Source of the DNA: Azolla caroliniana
Lineage: Eukaryota > Plantae > Polypodiophyta
Length of the DNA: 64,000 nt
Reading direction: 5' to 3'
Assembly (NCBI GenBank): GCA_043228905.1
Contig: JBHGNT010000006.1
Coordinates: forward strand, 21,514,001-21,578,000
The notes below the pieces were generated by a model. That model did not search any database and was not told the origin of the DNA. It was given only the letters and a program-made list of their open reading frames with translations. Positions 30,997-43,291 of this stretch are shown here, in pieces (the stretch's first letter is position 1; every line of letters starts with the position of its first letter). The translations under genes were made by a program, and so were the position numbers.

Positions 30997-33900
30997 ATGT
31001 CCACCAAGAAGACATCGAGGACCAAGTCCCGGTAAGTGCACATCAATTGTATAGACAGTTTTCATTTGCACTGTCTTTGCTAGGTTGCACTCGATACAAT
31101 GCATCAAGTTTCTACTTGTATGTACACAAACTCGATACATTGTATCAAGTTGGTGAACTTTCTCTCTCAACTCGATGCAATGTAATGAGTTGAGAGAGAA
31201 AGTGCACCAACTTGATACAATGTATCAAGTTGGTGCACTTTCTCTCTCAACTGGATACATTGTATGGGACCCGAACTCGATACAATGCATCGAGTTTCTA
31301 CTGGTATGTGCACAAACTTGATACATTGTATCAAGTTGGTGCACTTTCTCTCTCAACTCATTACATTGCATCGAGTTGGGGCCCCAACTCAATACATTAT
31401 ACCATTTTGGGACCCCAACTCGATACAATGCATCGAGTTTCTACTTGTATGTGCACAAACTCAATACATTGTATCGAGTTGGTGCACTTTCTCTCTCAAC
31501 TCGATACAATGCATCGAGTTTCTACTTGTATGTGCACAAACTCTATACATTGTATCAAGTTGGTGCACTACCTCTCTCAACTCGATACATTGTATCGAGT
31601 TGGGACCCCAACTAGATACAATGTATCAAGTTTGTGCATATAAATGCTCAAAACCATTACTTTAGAGACAAAATCGTAGAAGAAAATGTGTTCTTAAAAC
31701 TAGAAAAAACATGTCATTAAGTGGGTAAAATAGCCATTTAATACCTCTAAATGACTGGAATTCATTGGCCAACTTAATTTTTTTGGGGTATATTAAGCAC
31801 AAATACAGTTGTCCCTTAAAGTAACATAGCCATGTTTCTTGAATTTTCATATTAGGTCTATGGAACATTAGGATGAATGGCCTATCAAGAAAATACGTCT
31901 CAAATATCAAAGCTCCCCTATAGAGAACCCTAAACTCCATGTAATCACATACACCCAAAAAGGCAAAAAATTGTTATTTGACGATGAAGTCGGTAGGCAA
32001 CCTTCTAACGAGGTCAGTCAAATGAAAATGGTGGGGGCATCAGGAGGGGAAACATTAGCTGACAAAGATATGAATGAATACGAGTGGGCAATGCAATATG
32101 TCAACTCGAATAAGAAGGTGGTCCTCTTAACAGGTCGGAATAAGGGACACAGAAAACTAGAGAAAGAATGACCCTTTGGATATGATCATATCTTAAGATT
32201 AGACTATGAGGACCCCGACTCCCAAAATTTAATTCTTTTAGTAGATTGCTCAAAGGGGGTTTGAAAAATGTTCGTGTCTTAAGACCGGCTAGTAAAAGAT
32301 TCGTGTGGTCCTAAATCTTTCAAGGTTGCCATTGAGACAGCCAATAACTTGATAACTACATTGCGGCCATACATACAAGGTCATGTCTCATTAAAGGAGG
32401 CTTCTCCCTCTCCCGTAAAGTGACCAAAATGTCTGAATTAGATTCCTCGAGTTCAATAGACGATGAAGACAAACAGAAAACACCAGGGGCAGAGTTGTCG
32501 TTCGGTGTCCTTTCTACTAAAAAAAAAAATTAGAAGATAGATCATTCAAAGAAAGGTCGTGAGGAAAGGACAAGTCTTCAACCTTCCCATCACTCACATT
32601 CATCGCCCACCGGTCGATAAAAAGATGGGACGTGGACCACTAGAGATAAGAGAGCCTCACAAACTACACGTCCAGAACTTGAAAAAGAACATGAAGATTA
32701 ATCCCCATGCTAAAGTTGTTCCATTCATCATAGTGGTTGATCCAGATGAGTGTTCGTCTTTAGGGGACTTCGATGTTAGAAAACATGATCAATACTACTA
32801 TTACGTAATTGGGCGATCACACTCAGTAGAGGCTAGGAGAGAGTTGGTCAGAGAACATTCCACCACATTTTTTTAAAATATGCAGAATGTAAAATTTATG
32901 TGGGGCTAACAACAGAAAAGGTGAAGTTGTTAGCATGGAACCATAACAATGACAACGACTACCGCCAGAAGATGTCTTCAATTGAACAAATAAGGTTTTT
33001 CCACCATGAATACTTAGACGTCAAACAGAAGCATGGAGCAAAGTTATATCTTGCTCTTCAACGTCAATGCCTTCATGAGGTCAAAATTGTGGTGGACAAT
33101 CAAGTGAAGTTTGAGGGCATTAGAAAGTATGAGTCGTGGTTCCAATTGGCCTTTGGAGATGGAGAAGTATGGGAGTTACAAGTCCAGATTTTCACAACGT
33201 GGGAGAACAAAGAGGTCAAAGGTCAAACTAAAAAAAAATCGAAAGTTGACCCTCAACTTGAGTTGAAGTCAAATGCTGCAAAGAAGATTGAACTAACCAT
33301 TGAGGAAGCAGCAAACGACATGAAATTTTCTCTATGGAGAGCGATGCAAGGAATTAAGGATGACAACTACTTGTGTTTGTTTTGTCACGAGTCGTGGCCA
33401 AAGAGCTTAGCCTAGAAGAAATGGTCACTAAGTTTAACAAGTAAGTATTAACAATTTTTCATGTTGTATGTGATTTACCATTATTTTATGTAATAAGTGC
33501 TCTAAAGTTAGCTTTTGATTTTCTAGTCACAAGGTCTACATGAAAATTCAGGAGGTGATAATGAAGCAATTTGGTTGCTTAACTTGGCACCAAGTGACCG
33601 AAGACTCCCCCTGACAACTTCAACCCTAAACCCTTGTCGGAATATTTTATTGCATTTAAAGATTGGGTTAGTATTTCTCTATAGTTGGGCTTATAAGTAT
33701 AGTTTATGGTAAAGGTATTAAGTATCGGTTCCAATGTTTGGTTGGTATTTGTAGAAACCTTGTCAAAGTAAGAAGGCAAGACAAACAAAAGATATACACG
33801 ACTTCCCCACTTCCTTTATTGCACACCTTGAAAGGGTATGTAAAGAAAAGGACTAGCGCTTAATCAAAGCATACAACGTTGAAGATGACGGCACTTTCAA

Positions 33901-34977
33901 GAAATTTAGCCGCAAAAAAGATATCACCCGTGATTTATTTTATAATGTTTATTGCGGTGATGTGGCAGATATGGTCCAGAAGCTGCCGAAGAAAGAGTAC
34001 ACACTCATGATCGCAGATATACCATATGGCTTTCATATGGCTGGATCATCGTACGATGATGAACCATTTAGGTTCAAACAACTCGAGAAAATGGTTAAGG
34101 ATTTCGCATATTTGACCACAACATCCTTGTGGAGAATCGTCCTGTTTCATTCGATGGATCAAGGATACTTTGTGGCTCAAGCCTTGAGATGTCGTTGCCA
34201 TGGAATTGAGAACCTTGCTTGATAATATGTTTTACTCGACTCCTCCATTGTCTAATTTTTGCTTTCCATTGTTTCTATTACAATTGACATGCACCTTTTG
34301 GTTTTTTAATTCTACTTGGCAAGATTGAGACCAATGTCGATAGACGACCGACATTTCAGTTTGTGAATGCCATAGAATATATAATTGTTGCTTATTTCAA
34401 TGAAATTAAGAAACAACGGATAAAGGAGCACTCAAACGAGGTTGGGGGTTCAAATATGTTGGTTTATCCAGCAGTCACGCGTAAGTTATGACATGTCACC
34501 ACAACAAAACATGAACTTGTCAAGCCTCAACATCTGATAATGCGCCTTATCAAAATGTTTGGAAGCGAAGGTGATTGGATATGTGATCTATTCTCCAACA
34601 TGGTTGGTATGTTTCTTTATCTATGTTGATTGTGCTCTACAAAACTAAAATCTTCCCATGAGGCTAAGGCATTTTTTATTTTTTTTTGGTACTAGGTACT
34701 ACATCTGCATGTTCTTTGAAACTCTTCCGAAATACTGTGGCATTGGAGATGGACGAAGAGCAAGTAAGCTTCATTAACATGAGGATAAACTGCCTCTTGT
34801 GAGCCTATTCCTCCATTGGTTGGTGAACCTGGGAAACTTATAGAACTAGATGATGAGCTTTTAGAGGACCCCACGGTAGCCAACCTATCTGGAGTGGATA
34901 TCCATGCACATTATTTGGATGAGATTCATGAAAAGGATGATGAGGAAAACAATGAAGACACCCTTATTTCCATGTAG
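30997..34977 (+). pseudogene. Spliced ParB/Srx-like domain plus beta-class N6-adenine/N4-cytosine DNA methyltransferase fusion (decayed)
   Basis: ParB-like: HVQNLKKNMK...VPFIIVVDP...YYVIGRSHSVEARREL...GLTTEKVKLLAWNHN (32559-32960). MTase: NVYCGDVADMVQKLPKKEYTLMIADIPYG (motif IV, ~33945-34030), FVNAIEYIIVAY, KPQHLIMRLIKMFGSEGDWICDLFSNMV|GTTSACSLKLFRNTVALEMD (motifs X-I-II, 34522-34755). Predicted introns 31032-31855, 33441-33526, 33667-33754, ~34221-34323, 34607-34695. Several stops and frameshifts. Confidence 0.8.
31088..31632. repeat. Array of about 15 copies of a 23-bp palindrome AACTCGATACA(A/T)TGTATCGAGTT with three recurring linkers
   Basis: Linkers are tctacttgtatgtgcaca (18 nt), ggtgcactttctctctc (17 nt, once inverted) and gggacccc (8 nt). 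Confidence 0.92.
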
Positions 34978-36302
34978 ATTTTTATAATAGCCCTACATAT
35001 ACCTAAACCATATAAAAACATTCTTGTATAATCATTCTCGTTATAATTATGTTGTATTTTTTTTCTTTATAAGTTTCTTCCTTTTAATTGTTCCTATCTT
35101 TTACATTTTAATTGTAAGTTTCATTGTCTGTCTAAAGTTTTATTTTAGAAGAAAGAATTCATTTTTATTAGATTGTCTACCTTCTGCATTTCAATGTTAC
35201 GGTGTGCAAATATGATTCGTAGTTTGATACAGTTGCAGTGTTGTTAACACATTTAAATGTAATTATTACATGTTTGATACAGTTGGATGTAGATTACGTT
35301 TACTTTAGGGCACATCTTACTTTAATTGGAACGATTATCCTTTTCACTGAGCGGATTAATACATTGCTTCATTTTAGAGAATTTTTTATACCCAAATGTT
35401 TATGACACACACTGAAGAACATGTAAAGTTGAACGTGCAGAACTAACCTGAAGTTTAATCTAGGGACTCTAAACTGAAGGCATATAATCACCATGGATTA
35501 CATCCTCTAATAGAAAATCGAATACAACAAATATCAATTCAAAAGCTAGTACCCAAAATGCACCATGAATCTTGAACCTAGTTATCAAATGCGTATACCA
35601 TGTTCATATGTTGGGATTTGACTACATTTTATATCTAGGCATAATTGACATACTTTCTTTTCCGAAAAGTTTCCTAATTTAATAGTGAATCGAAGAAATT
35701 TTAACATGTCTCAAATGCCCAAATGTTTGATTGTGATTGGATTAATTGCATTTGGCCTTTTTAATTCATCAACTTCAAAAATGTTCTAGAAATTACATGT
35801 TAAATGGATTTCTACCAACTTCTTGAATTAATAACTCATTTGTGATGTTGTTGCTCAGAAAAACATTTCGTTCCTAGAAACATCAAACTTATAATTAATC
35901 ATTCCACACTCAGTTTGATTTCAACAACTTGTTAAATGTTATATTAAATTTTGAGTATTATCAAACGTCTTCTTGACAAATGGATGTCTTTCCCTAATCT
36001 CTATATTGATTTGACATGCCTCAACTATGCACCACCAACAAAAAGCGCTTCAATCACTGGAAAGGAACATGTGCTTGATTATAGATTGCATGGATCAGAA
36101 AAAGACTTGTTTGCCACACTTTTGAAGGTTGCCAAAGGATATTGGAGATGAATTCCTTGTACAAATGCATTTAGTAGCTTCTTTGTCGTATTGTCAGACA
36201 ATAAGGCCTCAAGTCTTCTTAACTTGTCCCAATATCCACAACGACCCTAATCTTATAGTCAAGGTCATGCAAAGAGTGTTACAGTCTTGGCAAGGTATTC
36301 TC

Positions 36303-39300
36303 TGTTAGATATAATCAATGATCAGCCCCAAGTTGTAAATCTACCCCCATATGTGCTCTTAGAGTGCACATTTTGTGATAGCGCCGCAAATGAGGAGCGG
36401 CTAGTGTGCAACTCGACCATATGGGTCGATAAGGTGTTAATCTAGGAAACCGTAGATGCGTAGGACACAATGGATTTAGGAAAGAATGAAATAGGTAATA
36501 GGATTGGCTAATCAAGTCAACTAAAATATTTTGTGGGCAAGTTACAATGTACTTAGTCTTGAAGTATGTGCCATTGACTTCAAGATAAGTACTATCTAAC
36601 ACTAGCCTATATCTAGGGAGTTGGGTCATATTAAATGACAAGTCAGTTGACAAAAAAGGAATATCTCCACTACTATCAACTGACATGCACATTTAATGTT
36701 ACACTCAGACCAAACAGAGAATATAATCCACTCTCTTACACAGTGGTGTATTGAGATCATCAGTCCCCACTAATTTTGTAGTGAGTTGGTCCAGATCCCA
36801 TCTAAGCTCTAAGGTGTGAGCGCATGGGTGAACTACCATTGTGAGCTACTCTCATATGTAATAGAAGTTTTGTTTTCATATATCTATCTCTGTGGTTGTA
36901 ACTCTATATACCTATCTAATCGATTCTCAATATTTCTAACATGGTATCAAATCTGAGAGGTTGATCTAGATTAGGTATATACGGGTAGTTGTTGTCTAGC
37001 AGCACACACAGAGAGAGACAAAGAGAGAGTATCAATGGCCTTGTCCACGAATGTTGTACCTACTCCATTGCGCATTCGTCCACCTCCATTGTCTGATGGA
37101 AAGCTAGATGGAACCAACTACACTCTATGGAAGTTCAAAATGTCTGCCATTTTGGACTTCTACGAGTTGTTGGAGACAATCATGGGACCCACAGGAGGAG
37201 ACCCTAAGCCCATGGTGACCTTTGACCCTGCACACCCTACTGCATCAATCGCTCCAAATGCTAATCTACTTTGAGCCTGGAAGAGAAGGAATGTTGATGC
37301 GTTGTGTACCATAGTCACTGGTGTATGTGACTCTGTACTAACATTAGTGCAACATACAACCAGGGCACATGAATCTTGGAGCATATTGGCCAGCCAATAT
37401 GAAACCAGAAACTATACAAGGATACAAAACCTCGAAAATCAGCTTGTTGCAGCGAAGCTTGCTGATGGAGAGAAAGTAGAATCCTTTGTAAAAAGGATTG
37501 AGGATCTTCAAGATCAGTTGGCAGTTGTTGGAGTAGTTGTCTCTCCAGAGGATATGGCTCGTCGGTGCATTCGAGTACTTCCTTCCAAGTATGATGGCAT
37601 TGTGACAACATTGAACACTTAAGTTCAACCCACTCCTTTAAAATTTGATGAACTAAGTGCAATGTTTCTTGAAGAGGAGCTTCGGCTGAAGACAAGAGAA
37701 GGAACGGAAGATTCGGCATTTGTCTCTAGGACTAAGAGTAAAGGAGCATCCAATTCAAACAATGTGAATAGGATACCAAAGAAGAAGTTCAATGGATCGT
37801 GTTTCTACTATGACAAGAAGGGTCACACAATCAAGGATTGTCGGAAGAAGATGGCGGATGAGAAGAATGGTTTTAGTAAGACTTCTTGGAGAGAGCCCGA
37901 GTTCGCCAACAATGTCATAGATGAGGTTGAGTTATGGGTCGCAACTGAAGAAGTGTGTTCTTTAGTTGACACTCAAGTTGTCGACGACTCTTGGATTCTC
38001 AATAGTGGAGCATCCAGACATATGACCAATAATCGTGACTAGTACAACTCTTGGACCTCTACAAGAGCCCATCAATGTTGCGGTCGGGAACAATGGTCGA
38101 TGTCCAGCCAAAGGAACCGGAACCGTCTCCCTCAAAGCAACGATCAGCGAGACAAAGCATCTCTCTCAAGTGTTGTACGTGCCAGATCTCAAGAAGAATC
38201 TATTATCCATTTCTGCACTGATGGACAAGGGTCTTGATGTTCGATTCAAGAAGTCGGGTGTAGAAATAACAAATTCTACTGGCAAGGTTGTAGGAATAGG
38301 GGTAAGACGCAACAATCTCTATGAGCTGAGCACGTTTACAATTTCTACTAACCACAACACAAGTACTAACACAAAGCAATGGCATGAGCGATTTGGGCAT
38401 CTCAATCTTGTTGTGTTGAAGGAGATGAAGAAGTCGAATATGGTAGTTGGGTTGCCAACCCAATCTAACTTAAGTCATGTTTGTGATGCTTGTATGATGG
38501 GCAAGCATCAAAGATCAACCATTCCAAAAGAGAGTCAAAATCAGACAAAGGATCCTTGACAACTAATACACATCGACCTCTCTGGAAAAATGGTGACTCC
38601 TGAAATGGGTGGATCTCTCTACTATATGCTAGTAGTTGATGACTTCAGTAGAAAGATGTGGGTTTACTTCCTTCGGGAGAAGTCTGAAGCTTTTAAAATC
38701 TTCAAAAGATGGCATAAGTTTGTCGAGCGGGAGTCCGGAAAGTTAGTGAAAGAGTTACGCTCTGATCGAGGTGGAGAATTCTTATCAATAGAATTTTGTG
38801 AGTATTGCAAAGAGCATGGAATTAAGCTCCAACTTACAACTACCAACACCCCACAACAAAATGGCGTTGTCGAACGTCGAAACCGAACAGTTGTCGAGAT
38901 GGCTAGGTGTATGTTGAAGGCACAAGCGCTGCCCAACCCATTCTGGGCTGAAGCAGTGCATACAGTAGTTTACATCCTCAATCGGAGCTACACGAAGGCA
39001 CTTCAAGGGAAAACACCCCAAGAAGCTTATTCAGGCAAGAAACCTTCAGTGCTGCACTTCAGAACCTTTGGGTGTACGTGCTACGCACATGTTCCGGATG
39101 TGAGCAGAAAGAAGTTGGATGATAAAAGCAAGAAGTGTAACTTTCTCGGATATAGTGAAGAGTCAAAGGCCTATCGATTCTACGATCCAGAGGCAAGAAA
39201 GATATTGACAAGCCGCGATGTGGTGTTCGATGAGGAACGACCACAGCTAGCTGAGAACAATGATTCTCAAGTTATCTCATCAACCGAAGAAGTATTCCCC

Positions 39301-41434
39301 CCAATCCCAACCCATTGCCCAGAAAAGGAAGTTGAACCATCTGATGGTAACGGCTCACTAGTTCAGCCTATGCCAGTGCCACATGTAAAGAAAATACCTA
39401 AGTGGGCTCAACAACTCTTCAATGACCGTACTTCTAAAGTTGAGTTTCCTGAAACTTCAACTGATGGATTACAAAGATCAAGAAGAATACAAGAGCAAGG
39501 GAGAACCTCTGACCACATTGTTAACATGGCTCTGATGGTGGACATCATAGGTTCAGTGAGTGAGCCGACCTCGTTGGAGGAAGCCATGGCTGACCCGAAG
39601 TGGCGATGATATCAGAATACGATAGCATCATGAAAAATGACACATGGGAGTTGATAGAGAGGCCAACAAAGAGGAAGGTGATAGGCACCAAGTGGGTTTG
39701 GAAAGTAAAGTATAAAGCTGATGGTTCTTTGGAGAAATTTAAGGCCAAGCTAGTAGCGCAAGGATACTCCCAAATTGAAGGGTTCGATGTACAAGAAACA
39801 TTTTCCCTGACAGCTCGCATGACAACAATTCGAATGGTCATAGCGTTGGCTGCTTCAAGAGGATGGCCGATTTATCAAATGGATGTCAAATCGGCATTTC
39901 TGAATGGGCATCTCAAGGAGGGGGTATACGTGACACAACCACCAGGGTTTGAGATGCCGAATTCAGAAAACAAAGTTTGCAAGCTGAAGAAGGCGTTGTA
40001 TGGTCTAAAGCAAGCATCGAGAGCTTGGAACAAGAGGATAGACAGCTTCTTACAGTCAATCAACTTTAAGCAATGTGCTTCAGATGCAAGTATGTATGTC
40101 AAAATGAAGGACGGGAAACAAGCCATCAAAATGAAGGACGGGAAACACTAGGCCGGATATTTGTTTTGTAGTCGGTGTTGTGAGTCGATTCAGCAACAAG
40201 CTGAAGGAGACTCATTGGAAAGTTGCACTACATGTATTAAAGTACATTGTAGGTACTTTAAATTACGGAATCTTCTACAAGCCAACAATTGACGAACTTA
40301 GTGGATATTGTGACTCCGACTGGGCTGGAGATAGTGATTCCAGAAAATCAGTTTCTGGATATTGTTTATCAATAGGCTCTGGAGTTGTTTCATGGAGTAG
40401 TAAAAAACAACCAACAGTGGCACTATCTTCAACGGAGGCAAAATACAAAGCAACATGCATAGCAGCCTGCGAGGTAGTTTGGCTAAGAAGAATCCTTATG
40501 GATGTGGCGGTTCCAATAAGGACGGCAACGGTATTGAGGTGTGACAATCAGAGTTGCATGGCCATTGCCAAGAACCTCGTATTTCATGCACGTACTAAAC
40601 ACATAGAGATTCAGTATCACTATGTGCAGGAGCTAATAAATGATGAGACTAGGGAGCTTCAGTACTATCCGACATCAGAAAATGTTGTGGATATCTTCAC
40701 AAAGGCGCTTGGAGCAAAACAACTACAGCAACACCTTCGACGACTAGGAGTTAGCCCAATTCCAAGTGAACTCAATGGGTTGACCATTGAGGAGGCGTGT
40801 TAGATATAATCAATGATCATCCCCAAGTTGTAAATCTACCCCCATATGTGCTCTTAGAGTGCACATTTTGTGATAGCGCTGCAAATGAGGAGCGGCTAGT
40901 GTGCAACTCAACCATATGGGTCGATAAGGTGTTAATCTAGGAAACCGTAGATGCGTAGGACACAATGGATTTAGGAAAGAACGAAATAGGTAATAGGATT
41001 GGCTAATCAAGTCAACTAAAATATTTTGTGGGCAAGTTACAATGTACTTAGTCTTGAAGTATGTGCCATTGACTTCAAGATAAGTACTATCTAACACTAG
41101 CCTATATCTAGGGAGTTGGGTCATATTAAATGACAAGTCAGTTGACAAAAAAGGAATATCTCCACTACTATCAACTAACATGCACATTTAATGTTACACT
41201 CGGACCAAACTGAGGATATAATCCACTCTCTTACACAGTGATGTATTGATCATCAGTCCCCACTAATTTTGTAGTGAGTTGGTCCAGATCCCATCTAAGC
41301 TCTAAGGATTGAGCGCATGGGTGAACTACCATTGTGAGCTACTCTCATATGTAATAGAAGTTTTGTTTTCATATATCTATCTCTATGGTTGTAACTCTAT
41401 ATACATATCTAATTGATTCTCAATATTTCTAACA
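36303..41434 (+). mobile_element. Decayed Ty1/Copia LTR retrotransposon with a 4-bp TSD
   Basis: LTRs 36303-36941 and 40798-41434; TSD TCTC at 36299-36302 and 41435-41438; degenerate Met PBS tggtatcaaatc at 36942. Confidence 0.93.
37035..40803 (+). pseudogene. pol: Copia gag-pol pseudogene with an internal RT deletion
   Basis: KLDGTNYTLWK, WILNSGASRHM, VDDFSRK, RSDRGGEF, QMDVKSAFLNG, YCDSDWAG, TKHIEIQYH. In-frame stops; YVDD region missing. Confidence 0.92.
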
Positions 41435-42354
41435 TCTCCTACCAAATTTATACATGCAACTCAACAATGCGGCTAGAGAAAACAAATCCTTGACTGTGTT
41501 TGGTTATTTAAGCATGCTAGTAGAGAGGGGCATATTAAAAAAGATTAAGGTCAACTTCTTACTAGTTGGTCATACCCATGGTCATATAGATCAAATGTTT
41601 AGTAGGTTCTTAAAGAAATTAGTGAGATGTGATGCTTTCACGCTTCCTACGTTATCAAAGTTGATCATTGAAGCTTATACCCCAAAGCTAGAAGTACAAC
41701 ATTTGAATAAATTTTATGATTTTAAATGCTTCTGCATGGATGGTGATGGGACTGAAAATAGGGATCTTGCACCGTTAATAATATAATTTTTAACAACGTC
41801 TTCCTCATAAAAAGAAGTTCTATGAGTCACAACCAAACAATACTCATCTAGTTCACAATGGGAGCCACAAGAGGGTTGTACGCTCTTATTGCATTTTCCA
41901 AATGCAGAAATCCATGGTGCAAAACAAATGTCATACGAGGACCATAAAAAATTGGCCTCGATAGTTTGATTGATGAGCAAAAGATATATTGGATGCAATG
42001 CCTTGAAGAGAAACAAGAAATTATTGAGCACACCAAGAAGTACTCTAGTGATCAGAATGTTGAATGGTGGGGTAACTTCTTCAACCATCAGCATACGATT
42101 TTAGATAACCACTTTGTCGAATACTGGCCACTCCAAAATCCATTCACATGGAATATTGGAGTACCATCAATGGTGTCCATGACTCGTTATCAGTCACTAG
42201 ATAATACTAAACTCAATAATCCTGTTCACCCATGACAAAGAGAAATGTGTCGCATGAGCTAGGCAAAGTGCATAACAAAAATACACATTTCAGTTCATCA
42301 TCCATAGTCATTTTCTAAGGTTGTAATTGTGACCATAGTGCATCAAAATCATTC

Positions 42355-42720
42355 AAATGAGAGGCGACACTATCAGTGTCCTTCATTCGAAGATCATAAA
42401 GTTTTCTCATTAGATAAACTTTATTTGATGCGGTCTCTTTGTTGTAAGTACTACATAGTTTCCATAACTTTTTGGTTGAGTCTCAGTCAAAGACCGTGAA
42501 GTATACATTTTCAGCTAGGTGCAATCTTATAGTAGACATTGCCAAGAGATCCAGCTCTTCCTAATCGTCATTGGACATGCCCTCGCGTCTCTTGGCTTCG
42601 CCATCTAATGGCCTTAATTCCCTTCTTTGAATCAGAACATCTTTCATCTGATTTTTCCACAAGACGAAGTTGGATCCGTAAAATTTACGTATTTCAAGGT
42701 GGTATTTTCCACTCATAGAG
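42355..42720 (-). pseudogene. Copia gag N-terminal remnant
   Basis: IRKFYGSNFVLWKNQMKDVLIQ...EELDLLAMSTIRLHLAENVYF, similar to the gag at 14289. Confidence 0.7.
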
Positions 42721-43291
42721 CGATTTCTATGGGAATTAAAGGAACCACTGCATGAGGTACTCGAAACCTCTGACATTTCAGAGGCCATTAAGTGGTAAGT
42801 AAGCCTAGTTGATTGCAACTCTAAGCACCTAATGATAGTTGGAACGCTACTCACTAGGTGGTCTCAAATACAACTATCACCTTGTTCAAAAGATAATATG
42901 TACTATTGTGGGCCCCAAGAAATCAAGAACTATCAATGTTTCCCTAGAAACCACCTCACTCATATTTCAGCCAAAGGTAAATGGAATGTGACTAAGACAC
43001 AACTTCCAATTTCACAATCTCACATCAAGTGAGCAAGCATTGAAAATGCAAGTCCTCTCTTTTGTAAACCAGAAACGCGTGAATCCTGTCTGTGTCTAGG
43101 TTTAGAGAAGAAAAAATACCTTTCAACGGTATATTTCTCACTATCTATCAATTGGTATCAAAGCGAATGTTGGGTATTCCCCAACAATTATCCAGATGGT
43201 GCAAAATGAATGCCTTGCACCATTTGTAGTATTGAGGTCGTTGTTGTTGTAGGTGTTGGTATTCGTGGTCTATATAGTGGTATTCATGGTG

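Larger units (their letters stand above)
36045..42238 (+). pseudogene. Sola-like DDD transposase catalytic region (second copy), interrupted by Copia 36303-41434
   Basis: MCLIIDCMDQKKTCLPH...NIHNDPNL...GIL|LPNLYMQLNNAARENK...FLLVGHTHGHIDQMFSRF. The frame is restored across the Copia insertion. Confidence 0.8.

Noticed and set aside
31088-31632. Palindromic repeat-spacer array as a CRISPR
   Set aside because: Spacers are only three recurring 8-18-nt sequences, there are no cas genes, and the context is a eukaryotic intron.
43153-43164. TGGTATCAAAGC as the PBS of a further Copia element
   Set aside because: No matching LTR pair or downstream gag could be defined; it may be a remnant but is unsupported.
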